From the human T2T-CHM13v2.0 reference genome, Homo sapiens, in assembly GCF_009914755.1 (NCBI RefSeq), contig NC_060935.1: a stretch of 64,000 nucleotides of DNA. The stretch is one strand, 5' to 3'. A model generated the notes under the pieces. The model saw nothing but the letters and a program-made list of their open reading frames with translations. It was not told where the DNA came from and searched no databases. Position 1 is the stretch's first letter, and each line of letters opens with the position of its first letter. This document shows, piece by piece, positions 50,767 through 63,795 of this stretch. The position numbers and the translations under genes were made by a program.

Positions 50767-51734
50767 GTACCTACAACGTCTGAGCTGCCTATAAAATGCA
50801 GGGACCTGGGAGTGGCCCTGGGCCTCAGCTGACATATGGCACATGGTCAGTCAACACAGCCACACCGCCTTGCTCAGCTAGATGCAGTGCTTTTAGAGAG
50901 GAGAAGGTAGTGCTCTCTTTCCTACCTCAATTTGCTTGGGAGGCACCTGGCATTGGAGGCCTGGGGATAATGCCAGGTAGACCCTTCTAGAGTTCAAAGA
51001 ATCAGTCTTTCTCTCTCTTGTCCTTTAAGATTCCTCACCTTCAGGTTCTTAAACATTTTTATTAGAGTCTAAAATACAGCTTTTCTCATTTGGGATGCCC
51101 ATCCTTCCCCTTCATTTTACAGTGACCCTCTTCTAAGGTTTGTTTTAAAAGTAAAAACAAAACAAAAAGGCAACTTCGAAACCCAATGAAAACTCAGTGA
51201 GCATTTTGGACAAAGAGAGACAGAGAAAAACAAGCAAAAGCATCTGTTTTGCTAGATTTTGAAAACAAGCTTCTGGGCCTATGGTTCTCATCTGGACGTC
51301 TAATAAAGAAGGATTTTAACAAGTCTCAAGCACACTCAGGTAGTTGTTACAACGAGGAGATCTGATTTTGCTGTCAGCGAGGATAGTGAATCTCTGAACC
51401 CACAGGACACCCAGGGGCTTCCAGAGGCAAAGGAACAGGGCTTAAATTTTTCAGTCTTTCCTGTTTTCCCTTGCAGAATTTTCTCTTAAAACCCCACAGC
51501 CATATTCCCCCAGGAAATCCTCAGTTTTATAAGTGCTCTGTAAAAGATAAGACAAACCTATGGTCTATATTTATAGAGACCCAAAATTTCATTTGGTTAA
51601 TGTTAAGCTGTGACAAAATCCAGAAGTTTCCAAGTTAAGGATGAAGTTTAACAATGTCTGTCTTTTATTTCAACTCAGATCCATATGTGTATGAGAAGAA
51701 GAGCAGTTATATTCCAGGAAAAAAAAAAAAAACA

Positions 51735-51965
51735 TTTATCATGGCCTTGATGTGCTTTTACCTAGAGCTTTTACGTAAGTTATTGGATTTAGTTCTTCAC
51801 AGCAATTTTTAAGGTAGGTATTATCAGCTCTATTTTTAGTTAAAAACCTGAATATCAGGGATATCAAGTAACTTGTCCATGTTCCCAGGACCAGTAAGTA
51901 GTAGAGCCAAGATCTGAACCCAGATCTGCTGGCTCCAAAGCCTGGGTTCTTCCCTTGCACAATGC
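51735..51965 (-). mobile_element. MIR
   Basis: AAGTAACTTGTCC...AGTAAGTAGTAGAGCCAAGATCTGAACCCAGATCTGCTGGCTCCAAAGCC. Confidence 0.75.
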
Positions 51966-53824
51966 TGACCAAAACCTACTAGCACAATTTCAGTTTTTGC
52001 TCTCATATATGTAAAGTAAAAGTAAGGCTGCTCCATACAGAATCTTAGTCTGTGTACTGTACAGCTCCAAGAGGTGCCATGGAATTGTGCAACCGAGGTG
52101 GCCTTTAGTAAAAACATAGTATGATATGGCTGTTCTGGGGGCTTTCCAGTCCTCTAAATCCTCTAGGTAAGGTCTTTCCACAAGACAGTGGCAGGCAATG
52201 GAAAAAGCAGCCCACTGATGGATTCCAGAATTATCTCAGCGTGGCATAACAAATGGGGCATACAGAAGTGGGGAGATGTGTGTGCTAATTCTCATGCTGA
52301 AATTAATTCACTGGCTCACCTGAACCTTAGGTTAGCAAAAGGTCCTCACTGGTTCAGTTTCCTCACCTGAGCAATGAATGAGAGTGGACTCAATTACTGG
52401 ATTTCAAGATTGCTTTTAGGTTGTAGAAATCTTACGCAGAAATGCAATGCACAAAGCAGGCAAATGCAAAGGTGGGGACTGGGAAGAAGGAACTTGGAGC
52501 CTGCTTACTCACTCAGCTCCCTCCTCCTTTCCAACCTGCACCTCTGAACACAGCTGGCCAAAGCTGGCACTTGATGATCTTTCCATATCTAAAAATCCTA
52601 ATATTTTATAGTTCTGTGCAGATTATCCATGTTCTGAGTAACTGCAGTGAATTGCTCTCAGTGAATTACCTAAACTGCTTGTGAGGGACCAAGTCTAGTG
52701 TGAGAGAAATATCTACACAGAGCAGAACACTGAATGTGTCAGTGCCAATGAATAATGCTTTATCCAGTTGAGTTTCAACCTGAAACATGAAACCCCAGCA
52801 GTGAGCCCATCAGGGGTTCACTGGAAAATACGTGCACAGCCAACCTCCAGAGCCCCACAATGGGTTTTGTTGTGTAGCAATGGGGGTGAGGGGGGAAAGG
52901 AGGAGGAGGGAATCCAAGGGAACAATGTCTATTGCTTCAGCCAAAGGACTTAATAATTAGCTGTGACTAACAAATACCACATGGGAACCAACTTGTAAAA
53001 AAATGTCCCACAAAGCACCCTATTGCCAGTGGGCCAATTTGAGCCTGCAACCTCTCCCCTTCTAGGGAGAGATTAGAAAACTAGAAGGAAGGAGAGCAAC
53101 TCCATCTGCCTGAAGCCACTGGACCAAAGACTCAGATGGATGGAAGCTGGGGATGCTTTCAAAGCACCCTCCCCCTTGCTCTTGAAATTGTAAGCACTTG
53201 GCCTCCCTGGGCTGAAATTCCAGGGGCAGGGGCTAAGGGAGTTAACATAGGCAGAACTTACTCCAAACAATGTCAATACAAAACAGGTTTTCTTTATGGA
53301 AGCAAGTTAGGACGAAATCGCTGAAAAGGTCATCTGTGTTTGCAGTACACAGTACGGTGGTGCAGGCAGAAGGGAGCTGCCAAGCCATAAATCCAGGGAG
53401 GCTTGGACAGGTGAATAGCAATTTACTCCCCCACAAACTTCAGTGGGGGCTGGGTGCGTCCTAGGAAAGCAGGATTTGGAAACAGGAAGTTGGTGCCTGT
53501 TATCCTCAGGTGGGCTACTCAGGGTCACAGCCCTGGTGTTACAAATCAACGTCCACAAATTTTCAATGCACAGACAGGTCCTGAGCTGGCTGCATCAAAA
53601 AGACTTGGGTTCTTATTACTATAGTCTTCTGGGCACCTTCTGCAGGGATTACAGCTTGGAAGCCTTGGGGCAGCTGTGCTCGGATTTGGCACAGAAGCTG
53701 TGAAGGGGAAAGTGCAAAGATCACATAGCACCCAGACTTTAGGAGCTGGCAGGTTGGCTGTGCCAGTTAGCGTAACGAGCACCTGCAGGCTCTTTAAAAG
53801 TTAGCCATTCTTATTTTGAAGGCA

Positions 53825-53990
53825 ACGGTTAAGAGCATGGATTATGGAGTCAAACAGACCCAAGTTCAAGTTCCAGACTGGCCAATTATTGGCTTCTCTG
53901 GACTTCAGTTTTTACAAATAAAAACAGAATGTTTGCCTATGTGGATAAAGTGAATGAACTTTTGTAAAATTTTTGGCACAGAGGGTTAAT
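53825..53990 (+). mobile_element. MIR
   Basis: GGTTAAGAGCATGGATTATGGAGTCAAACAGACCCAAGTTCAAG. Confidence 0.65.
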
Positions 53991-56197
53991 GTACAGCTTT
54001 TAATTTACATATGATATATATTAACACATACATGTATGTGTGTGTACATATATACATACACAGAGAGAATTGCTCACATTATTTTTTTCTTCCTAGAATT
54101 TCCCAAGCCATGGTCCATCAAATCATAGACCCTCCTGCTCCAGACTTTTGAAAGTCCCCAATGCATAGGCAAGCATTTCTAGATGGCTAGACAGAGCCTG
54201 ATTTCCTCTGGCTGATTACTTATTAAAAGGTACTTCCTCAGTTCACTTTTGAGTGGAAGTTTTTCAGAAAGCCATTCGCTCACTCGCTCACTTGCTCGCT
54301 CCCTCACTGGCTCAGTCTTGCATGGACAATCCTGTGGAATGCAAGAGCACAGGGCAAAACGGTTAGTCAAGGCTGCTTAGCCAGCTAGTACAGGTGGTCA
54401 GATTTTGACAAGATCTTAAATTGGGGAAGTTCAGACAAGCGGTTACTTTGGGTCCTTGGAATATTTATAATAGGGGGTGAAGAGAGGTTCACCGAAGGAA
54501 TTGACAAGCTACTAATTAATGCCATCACTGCTGCCTGGCACCTCTATTAAGCAAAACTCAGAAACCGGGAGCCAATTTTCACATACGCTTTCTTTTCTAA
54601 ATGGTAGCCCTTCTGAATTGCAACCTTCTTCACGCCTGGCACTCCCAGCCGCCATCGGCCCCTCTCCGACTGCACATCACACCAGGTCCAAGAGAAGCTA
54701 ATTTAACCACCGCTGGTTAAAATCATACTGCACTTCACAGCGCCTTTCACATGCCATGAAGCTGTCATGATAATTCTTGATCTCTAGCTCACCTGACAGC
54801 TCAGCCCTCCCTTGACTGCAAAGCTTCCCCGTCAGTTAGAAATAGCAGTTTTCCTGGCACCAGATGTGTCATCTTGAATATCCAGATGAAAGGCAGACAC
54901 CTGGCCCCTGCTCCCTCCCCTCCCTGCCTCGTTTTCCCTTCTTAGCTCTGGATTTTGTTTAGGAAGGCCATGTACCACCCCACCCCCAACTCCCAAGTCC
55001 CTCCTCTGGGCAGCCTGGAAGTTCCTCTTCTGCACAATTCAAAAGATGTCTTGCATTAGCCCACAGAGCAACTTCACACCTTGTGCAGCAAAGAGACACA
55101 CACACACCAATTGACATCGCTAGGAGAGGGAAGGAAAACTTAACATCAGGGCAAGATTTCCACCCCTTTGCAGCTGCTTGGGAAGCCTGGCTAGCCCAAA
55201 CCACCAGCCCAGCTGCCTCCAAAGGGTAGTGCTGGCTTCTCTCTCACCAGCTGTCTGATCCCATCTCTTCACTACGACTTTGTAGCTTGGTCTTTCGTTA
55301 TGAGATCCTTGGGATGAAAAGAGATATTGTTTTGATAAAGGGCAGGCCTGGGTGAATAATGTGGTCTGTGTGTCATGGACAGGAAAGGAACAAATTGTGC
55401 CTGAGGTGGTCACCTGAGCCCCATGAGCTACTCATGGGGGCTTCTTAAACCCAGGCAGCACACGTGGACATCTTTACAAACACACCCGCTGTGTCCCTTT
55501 TTTGTAACTAATAAAGAACAAGTGTCAGCATTAAGCCTCTGTTACCGATTTTCTTTTCCTCTGCTGGAAAGGAGGTGGTGTAAGCAGAGTTTACTGTAGA
55601 AACCAAGAAACAAAAGACAACATGACCAGTTTTCGAACTTGGCGTGCTCTGAATTATTAAAAATAATCTTATAGTGTCCGCCCAGCCCTCTCAAGCATAC
55701 CTGCCTTTAATCTTGTAAACAAGTTCATAGCAGGAAGGGGAATATTTTCAATCTGTTTCCTTCTACATGGCTGTAAGAAACATGACGCCCATCCATCATG
55801 CAAAGAGAGCCTGACGAGGCAGAGGAAAGATCATGGCAGGACTTCTGTCTTGGTGGACAGGTGAGGCAGATTTTGGACATGACTTGGTGCTTACATAAGT
55901 GGCTCTTTGTTTTGCTGCTGCAGAAATCAAAGGACAAGGTACCAGGGTGCCTTCAGTTAAAACAAGGGCTGGTCCTGCTCAGCCCTGGGACCCTGAGGAG
56001 AGGAAACGCGGTGAACTTAGCAGCCCCCAGTGGGACCTGCACTAATGTCCAATCCTCAGCAGTGAGAATTCTTCAAAGAGGAATCTCACAGTTCCCATCA
56101 TCCAGGTTTGAAAGAAAAAGGGAGGCTTAACAGATGGAGAGAAGTAGACGTAAAGAAAAGGGATATTTGTCTTCTCTTTTCCTTTTTTCATGGCAGT

Positions 56198-56630
56198 CTT
56201 TTTATTGTGGTAAAATATACATAACACAAAATTTACCATTTTAACCACTTTTAAGCTATAATTCAGTAGCAGTAAGTATTAGGTTGGTGCAAAAGTAACT
56301 GCGGTTTTTGCCATTACTTCCGATTACTTTCACCACCACTATCCATCTCCAAATTCTTTTCATCATCCTAAATAGAAGGTCTATACACATTTAACACTAA
56401 CTCCTCCATTCCTTCTCCCCCAGTCCCTAGTAACCACTATTATACTTTGTCTCTATGAATTCAACGATTCTAGGTACTTCATGTAAGTGGAATCAGATAG
56501 TAATAGTCCTTTTGTGTCTGGCTTATTTCACCCTGCATAATGTTGTCAAGGTTCTTCCATACTGTAGCATGTGTTAGAAATTCATTCCTTTTTACAGCTG
56601 AATGATATGCCATTGTGTGGGTATGCAGAA
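56198..56630 (-). mobile_element. L1MB-type 3' end, antisense, carrying a MADE1 insertion
   Basis: TTTATTGTGGTAAAATATACATAACACAAAATTTACCATTTTAACC and CATGTAAGTGGAATCAGATAG...TGTGTCTGGCTTATTTCAC. Confidence 0.85.
56279..56335. mobile_element. MADE1 with one intact arm and a largely deleted second arm
   Basis: TTAGGTTGGTGCAAAAGTAACTGCGGTTTTTGCCATTACTT, inserted at a TA. Confidence 0.85.
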
Positions 56631-58641
56631 TTCATTTTTTTTATCTAAGAAGGTTTCTGAATGCTCAGTAGGTGCCAGGCACTAAGCTTGACCACAGGGA
56701 GACCCGGATAATAAGTCCCAGTCCCTTTCTTTGTGAAGTGCACAGTTACTGGATTGAAAGCCCAGTGAGGATGGGCTCAGTAAGGTACCTCCCAGGGTAT
56801 ACACTCATTCAACAGACATCACCTGGATGCCTATAATGAGCCAGGCTCTAGCATGGCAGGTGCTGAGAAAATGAAATTGAATACAGTTTCCAGAACAAAT
56901 CCATAGCCAGCCAGTTCATAGGTAGCAGTGCCCTGGACAGAAGTCTTTAAACTTTGGCCTTCTTTTTTAAATAACCTAATTTCAGAGGAGCTTGGGGAAC
57001 ATCAGAATGATGTGAAAATTAATCCAGCAGTTCCAAATGCAGACAGGCCCTGAGGCCAGGAGGTGACCTGGGGCATCTGTGACAGGACTGGTGTGAGCGG
57101 GAGGGAGGTCCTTCCGTTTCCTCCTATACATTCCATAATAAGGCCCTGCAGCTGAAACCAGGACCACAACACACAAAAACCCACATCCTACCAGAGACTG
57201 AGCCTGCAAGGGTGGCGTGTGTCACATGCCTGGCTGGCTCCAGAGCACAGGACGAACAGGACAGGGGAGGAGGTAGGAAGACTGCCAAGTACTCAGGAAA
57301 CTCACAGAGAATACCTGTGCCTCCTCTTCCCCATCCTACCCTTTAGACATGTCACGGCAACCAGGCAGGTAGATTGTTTTTCTAACTTAGATTTCCCAAC
57401 AAAATAAGAAAAAGAGGAAAGGTAGGTTCGGGAGTAGCTGGATTTTGTCTTGTTACATAGCGAACTCTCAAGAATTGATGTTAATAAACAAGTAGGAACT
57501 GATGAAATCTCTGCCCCCAAATACAGGAGAATTCACAATTTTATTACGTTTGATTTCATTTACAATGAGTGTGTGTGTTGTCACACATTTATGTTGCTAA
57601 TACTGGTTTCTTTTGTATGCTATTTAATATTCTAGGGCATTATCAAGGGGATATACAGTTGGGGAGCATTTTACTAGCAAGAAAGCCTGCTACCTGCAAA
57701 ATAGACCCAAAGGGGACAATTGATAAGTGGACAATAAAATACCATACAGCCATTAAACATAAGGTCAATTGGAAACTCAATGAGTCTGGCTCACTACTGT
57801 GTCCCCATCACCTGGCACAGAGAAGATGTGTATTTGTCAGCTGAATTAAGAATGAATGTTCATGAAGAGTTTGTAAGTTCATGAGAAAATGTGTATTCCT
57901 TGATGGTCAGTGGAAAAGTAAAGTATTACCTTTCGTGTATCAGTATGAATTCAAACATGTAAAAAATGCTTTGAAGAAAAAGAAACAGACGGACATGCCT
58001 AATGGTTAGGTTATCTCTGGGAGTGAAGGGAGAGGGGAAAGATTATGGGTGATGTGAATTTTTTTCCCTTTCTATTTCTTTTTTTATTTAACTTTTTCTA
58101 TAATGACTATATATCATTTGGAAGAAAAATTATTCAATGTAAAACTCTCCAGATGGCTAAATGCAAGTGGAGCATGGATGGAAGAATTTGGAGAATTCAA
58201 CATCTACTTCGACTCTACTTTTTCTAAGGTGGTTTCTTCCCTAGCTACATCCCATTAATGCCCTAGAATATTAAGGGGGTAGGGAAATTAGTGGGTGTGG
58301 GGACTTTTGCTCAGGAAGCTGACATACGGCCTGCCTTCTTTCTCTTTACCACCCATTTCCATATGTGGCAATAAAAAAGCATCTTCAGCAAAGGAAGTCT
58401 TAAATTCATTCATGGAATGAATATAAGCCACATTATTGAGCACCTGCTTAGTGCCAGACATCACTCTGTTGCTGGTATATATCTCTCATCTGACTGAGAA
58501 ATTTCAGTTTAAATGCACACAACATTATATATCTGTATACCACTTTGCTGCTTACAAATAATTCTCACATTTATCAGTTTACCAAGAGGTGAGCAAAGTA
58601 TTAATTTTGGGAAAAACAGTCTACATAAATAGGATTTTGGG

Positions 58642-58790
58642 GGCCAGGCATGGTGGCTCATGATTGTAGTCCCAGCTACTTGAGAGGCTGAGGTGGGAGG
58701 ATCCCTTGAGCCCAGGAGTTTGAAGATGCAGTGAGCTCTGATACACCACTGCACTCCAGCCTTGGCTGTCTCTAAAAATAAAAAATAAAT
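58642..58790 (+). mobile_element. Alu monomer (FRAM-like)
   Basis: Single monomer with right-arm sequence GCAGTGAGC...CCACTGCACTCCAGCC and an A-rich tail. Confidence 0.75.
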
Positions 58791-58849
58791 AGAAGTTGTA
58801 GCGACTTGTCTAAGGTCATCTAAGCTAAGTTGGCATGAACCAGAACTTT

Positions 58850-59100
58850 GTAGTGCAATGATTAAGTTAAGAGGGTTAGAAGTTAGGTCTGGATTCAAAT
58901 TCCAGCTGCTTTCTACTTAGCAATATGACCTTGGACAAGTTCATCTGTTTGATCTCAGTTTTCTCATCTATAAAACGGAGATAAAAATAGCAACCATACA
59001 CGTATGTTGTGCAGATTAAATGTGATAATATATGTAATACATTTAGCAGACAGCCTGCCTATATAGATTAAAAATTAAATGGTGACTCTTATCATCATCA
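58850..59100 (+). mobile_element. MIR
   Basis: TGACCTTGGACAAGTT...CTCAGTTTTCTCATCTATAAAACGGAGATAA. Confidence 0.75.
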
Positions 59101-59999
59101 TTATGAATGTTAATATCATTATAGATATTAATATCACCAACCCTTTGGTTTTTGTTCCCTAACTTATCTTCTCCATACTTCATATGACCTCCAAGTTTAC
59201 CTTTTCTCTACTTTTCAGATGTAGGATGTGGATACCAAAGAATTGAGTAGATCTGTCACAAAGCAATGGAAGATGACATTTGATATGGGTGGGCCAACTG
59301 CGAATAAAAAGAAGACGTTCACTTGGGAGATAGAAAAGAGAAGTTCTAGTCATGACTTTTCCAATTTACTTGCTATATAACCTTGAATAAGTACCCTCTC
59401 TGAATTCCTGTCTCCTTACCTGTGGAATGAAGACAAAAATTCCTAAGGCTCTAGCAAGATTGTCAAACAAAGGCCTATATGTGTGAGTTGCAAATAAAAG
59501 GAAAGCACCTTCTGATAAGTGTCTTCTAATTCCCATGTCATTTCTTGTCCCTGTGGCCTGTTTGTGCTGTTTGAAAGCTCGGGGGAATTGGAATAAGTGA
59601 CAAGGAGGTCAGATGTAAGTTAAAGTGTTAGCCCCCATTTATCTACCATTTTGGCTCTAAACGACTAGTTTCAGTCCAGACCGATTTAGTAAAGTGAGAA
59701 AACTGTGACTGCAAACTGGCAGTACACACAATCAGAGGAATGAGTAAAAAGCTTAGACTGCCCTTCAATTCAGAGGTTAAAGCAAGCACACAGACCCGGT
59801 GTCTCCCTCACTGTGTGCCAGCCAACCATATATTATTAATTGGGCTCAACAAACATTATTGAGCACCTTCTACTGCAAAACTCTGGCAGGGCGCTCTGGG
59901 GAGATCTAAATGCAATGTGAGGCAATGCCCCACTCTTCACCAACCTGCCATCTGGTTGGGATAACAAGATCATCACAGGCAAAACTGTTCTCCCATATC

Positions 60000-60330
60000 T
60001 CTGCCCATTAAAATTTCACTGAGCCCTCAAGGCTCAATTCATAATTAGATTTTCCCCAAGAAGCTTTCCCCAATCCCCTCAGCCCTTTGTTTAATCCTCA
60101 TTTCTGGAATTTGTCATGCTCTGCATTATAACTTGCTTGTGTGTGTCTTTTTTTCTCAAAATTATTTCCTATCTCATTCCGACAAGCATTTGAATCCACG
60201 TTGTGTTATGGGTATGTCTATCTTCTCCCAGTGGGTTGCAAACCATGTCCTATTTATCTTGGTGTCCCCCAAGATCTAGCACAGTGCCTGACACAAAATA
60301 GAGGTCAAGAAAATATTCATAACAATGAAA
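60000..60330 (+). mobile_element. L2 3' region
   Basis: ATTTATCTTGGTGTCCCCCAAGATCTAGCACAGTGCCTGACACA. Confidence 0.6.
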
Positions 60331-60480
60331 AAGTCAAGACAGCTTAAAATAAGTGCCCAAGGGAATGAGCCAGATACTACGTGTAACTGGAGGAGGTTAG
60401 GAAAGGGCAAGGCAAATTAAGATTGGGCTTTTAAAAAGCAAAGGTCATTTAAAAATACTGGATTAGACATATCACAGGCC

Positions 60481-60788
60481 TGTGCTGCCCAATATGATAG
60501 CCGTATTTACTGAGCACCCGAGATGTAGCTAGTCTGAAAACGGAGATGTGCTGTGAGTGCGAAACACACATCATATTTTGGATGCTTCATATTAAAAAAA
60601 AGAATGTGAAAATACTTTAATAGCTTTTATATTGAATACATGTTTAAATGATTGCTTTCTGATAACTGGGTCAAATAGAATATATCATTAAACCAAATTT
60701 TATTTTATGTTTTTACTTTTTAATGTGGCTACCAGAAAATGTAAAATTACCTATGTAGTTCACGTTATATTCATATCGGAAAATGCTG
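60481..60788. mobile_element. MER33-like hAT-Charlie element
   Basis: GTGCTGCCCAATATG...GAGATGTGCTGTGAGTG...TTTAATGTGGCTACCAGAAAATGTAAAATTAC. Confidence 0.7.
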
Positions 60789-61544
60789 TCACAGGCCATA
60801 TATAATGCTTATACTATGATTCAGTAATCCCTGTCTAGAAATTACATCCTAATGAAATAATCCAAAAGTAAGTAAAAATGCTATGCACAGAGTTGTTCAC
60901 ACAGTGTAATTCGTAACAACAAAATATTGGGAACAATTATTTCTAAATTCTGCAGAAAAAAGAATGGTTAAAAAATTTGCCATGATTGGAATATCCAGTA
61001 AAATACATATTATGCAAATGTTAATTCTGAAGACTAGGTGGCAACACAGAAAATCCTTAAGACATCATGTTGCTTGAGAAAAACCAGCCCACAGCATACA
61101 CTGCACACCATGTCTATGTTCAATCTGCATCTGGGCATGCTCTTCCATTCACCCATCATACATGTGCAGAACTATGACTTCCCACCAGGTTCTGTATTCA
61201 GGAAAAATCAGAATTAGAGATGAAAGAGGATGAGGAGGCAGCCAGGTAAACAGACAATTGTGTATAAAATATATGCAATATATATATGCAAGGTGAGATG
61301 AACACACCTAAGTTTTCCGAAGCTAAGAAATGGCTGCGAAAAATGTGAAGAAAAACAGGAAAGCTATTCTTTTTGTCATGGATGATGTGGGGCTTTTTTT
61401 GCAGCGGGTTGGGGGGGATTCCTAAGCTTTCCTGGATTATTACGATAAAAAGGCAGACTAGAGACCAGCCTCTGTCTCTACATTGAGCCTCTGGCACACA
61501 GCGTGTGTGTATTCTCTGTTGGTTCACTGTTGGCTCCACTTAAC

Positions 61545-61800
61545 ACTAGGTAGCACTTAACAGTGCAGCTCTGAAGTCAGACCTGTGTCTGAACCAGCTT
61601 TAACACCTCCAAAGGTGTGAACTTGAGTAAGCTGCTGCACCTCTCTGAATCTGTTTCCCAATCTGTAAGATGGAGATAATTATATTATCTATGGCAATGA
61701 CACATTGTTGGGAACATTAAATGAAATAATCCACATAAAGCTCCTAGCAGAGTGCATGGCACATAATAACCCCTAAATAAATGTTGGTTTTATTGTTATT
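61545..61800 (+). mobile_element. MIR
   Basis: GCTCTGAAGTCAGACCTG...CCTCTCTGAATCTGTTTCCCAATCTGTAAGATGGAGATAAT. Confidence 0.75.
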
Positions 61801-62142
61801 GTAAAGATTAGGAAACAGCATGATACAAAATTGATCAGAATGATAAAGCAGATGGTGGAAACTGCCTGTTTCCTACACTACATTCTAGTTGTATTGGGTC
61901 ATTACTTTCACTTTCTAGAATCTTCTATAGCCATTGAATTTACTCAACCACGTTTTCTTCTGTGTTGTTTTCTGTTTTGTTTTGTTTTTTTGTTAATGCC
62001 TTAAAGGATGATGAAATTATAAATGTTCTATATAATGTGATATTGAAATGACCTGATAATTATTTAGGTCCTCTGTCGCTTACTCAGTGGCATAACTCAT
62101 AAAAGACAGACTGCATTTTCATTTCAAATTCCACTTTTTTTC

Positions 62143-62434
62143 AGCCGGGCACGGTGGCTCACGCCTGTAATTCCAGCACTTTGGGAGGCCAAGGTGGGTG
62201 GATCACCTGAGGTCAGGAGTTTAAGACCAGTCCGGCCAGTATGGCAAAACCCCATTTCTACTAAAAATACAAAAACTGTGTGGTGGCAGGCACTTGTAAT
62301 CCTGGCTACTTGGGAGGCTGAAGCATGAGAATTGCTTGAACCCAGGAGGCAGAGGTTTCAAGGAGCCGAGATCGCGCCACTGCCCTCCAGCATGGGGGAT
62401 AGAGCAGGATTCTGTCTCAAAAAAAAAAAAAAAA
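62143..62434 (+). mobile_element. AluS (Sx-like)
   Basis: GGATCACCTGAGGTCAGGAGTT, GAATTGCTTGAACCCAGGAGGCAGAGGTT and a poly(A) tail. Confidence 0.92.
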
Positions 62435-63629
62435 TCCAATTTATCAATCTCCAGGTAACCTCTCATAGTCAAAACTAAAACCAGGTCAATTGCTTTGTTG
62501 TGTCTTAAAGAGATGCTGATGAATTCAAGGAATCTTGAAAACAGAAACATTTCATTTTTCCGATACTCAGTCTTGCTCTTTTCTCTTATTACTAAGCAAC
62601 TTTGCATGAAAACAGACTCTGTTTTATAAATAGAACATTGTGCAAGGTTTTCTAGAGGTGTCTGCTAAAAATAAAGCAGGTTATAGTTTACTTCTTTATA
62701 GCTTTCAAAACAAAACAGCCTAAGCTTGACTAAATTTGCTATATTTCATTTTTGAAAGGTATCTTTATGTGAGCCAGGTCTGATTTCTTGAAATGAAATT
62801 CCCCAGAAGTTAGATTTCCTATATTTACACAAGGCATGCCTGTGCAAAGTAATGACACTAGTTTTTTTTTAAAAACATACGCCCTAGAATGAATACAACT
62901 TAGTGATGCTATACTTCCACCCTATAAAATACACAATTCTTTTTTGAAAATTGCTTATTTGAAGAGTAAAATAAACATTTTGATGTATATATTTCTAGGT
63001 TATCTGCTCACAAATCAACAGCATTACTTTGAAGCTAAAGTACAGGTCCCCAACTTGTGAATTACATTCTAAACTATTTCTAGGTTGCCTGGTTGGAGCT
63101 AAAGTGTCATGGTATGGAAACAATGCTAGGTTCCCAGGCAAGTCCCCAGGAGCCAAGCTAACTGATATGATAACATACAATGTTAGAACAATGTGAACGT
63201 GGAAAAAAGCCTCTAATCTTCAGCTTTTGATACTAGGCACATGTTTCTCCTTGCACTGTTCTGATGGGGGTCCCCAATCTCCAGTTCGGTGATGGCTCTA
63301 GAAGCTGGGTACAGGGACTATGAGTTGGAGAGAGGTGAACCAAGGTTTCCTGGTGTAACTTTTAAGGGTAGTGTTTCTCATACTATGACCAATAAATCTG
63401 ATTTGCTGAGATTGTTACAGATCAGAAAGGGTTCTATGGTTAAATAAGTTTGAGAAATGTTCCTGCATTTTCCCTCCAATTTTAAGGTATAAAGTGAACA
63501 TTACCATAGTAAAGATTCTGAGATACCCTGCAGAAAAGAAGCCTGTTTGATGTAATGGATCCTGTTCTAAACATATTGGACCCCCTATAAATTCTGTTTC
63601 ACTTTTTTAAAATAATGGCTATTCATAAG

Positions 63630-63795
63630 AGCTAACATTTACATAAAGCTTGCCATGTAGCATGTACTATATGAAACATTACACACAGCATCTCTTTGAG
63701 GTGAATGCTGTGATTAACCTTATTTTACAGATGAGGAAACTGAGGCAAAAAGAGGCTAAAGATTTCCAAAGTCACAGGGAGATGTGCTTAACTAC
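63630..63795 (-). mobile_element. MIR
   Basis: TATTTTACAGATGAGGAAACTGAGGC. Confidence 0.75.

Noticed and set aside
55798-56130. 110-aa ATG-initiated + strand ORF
   Set aside because: No recognisable domain, and it runs through the candidate splice donors; no coding evidence.
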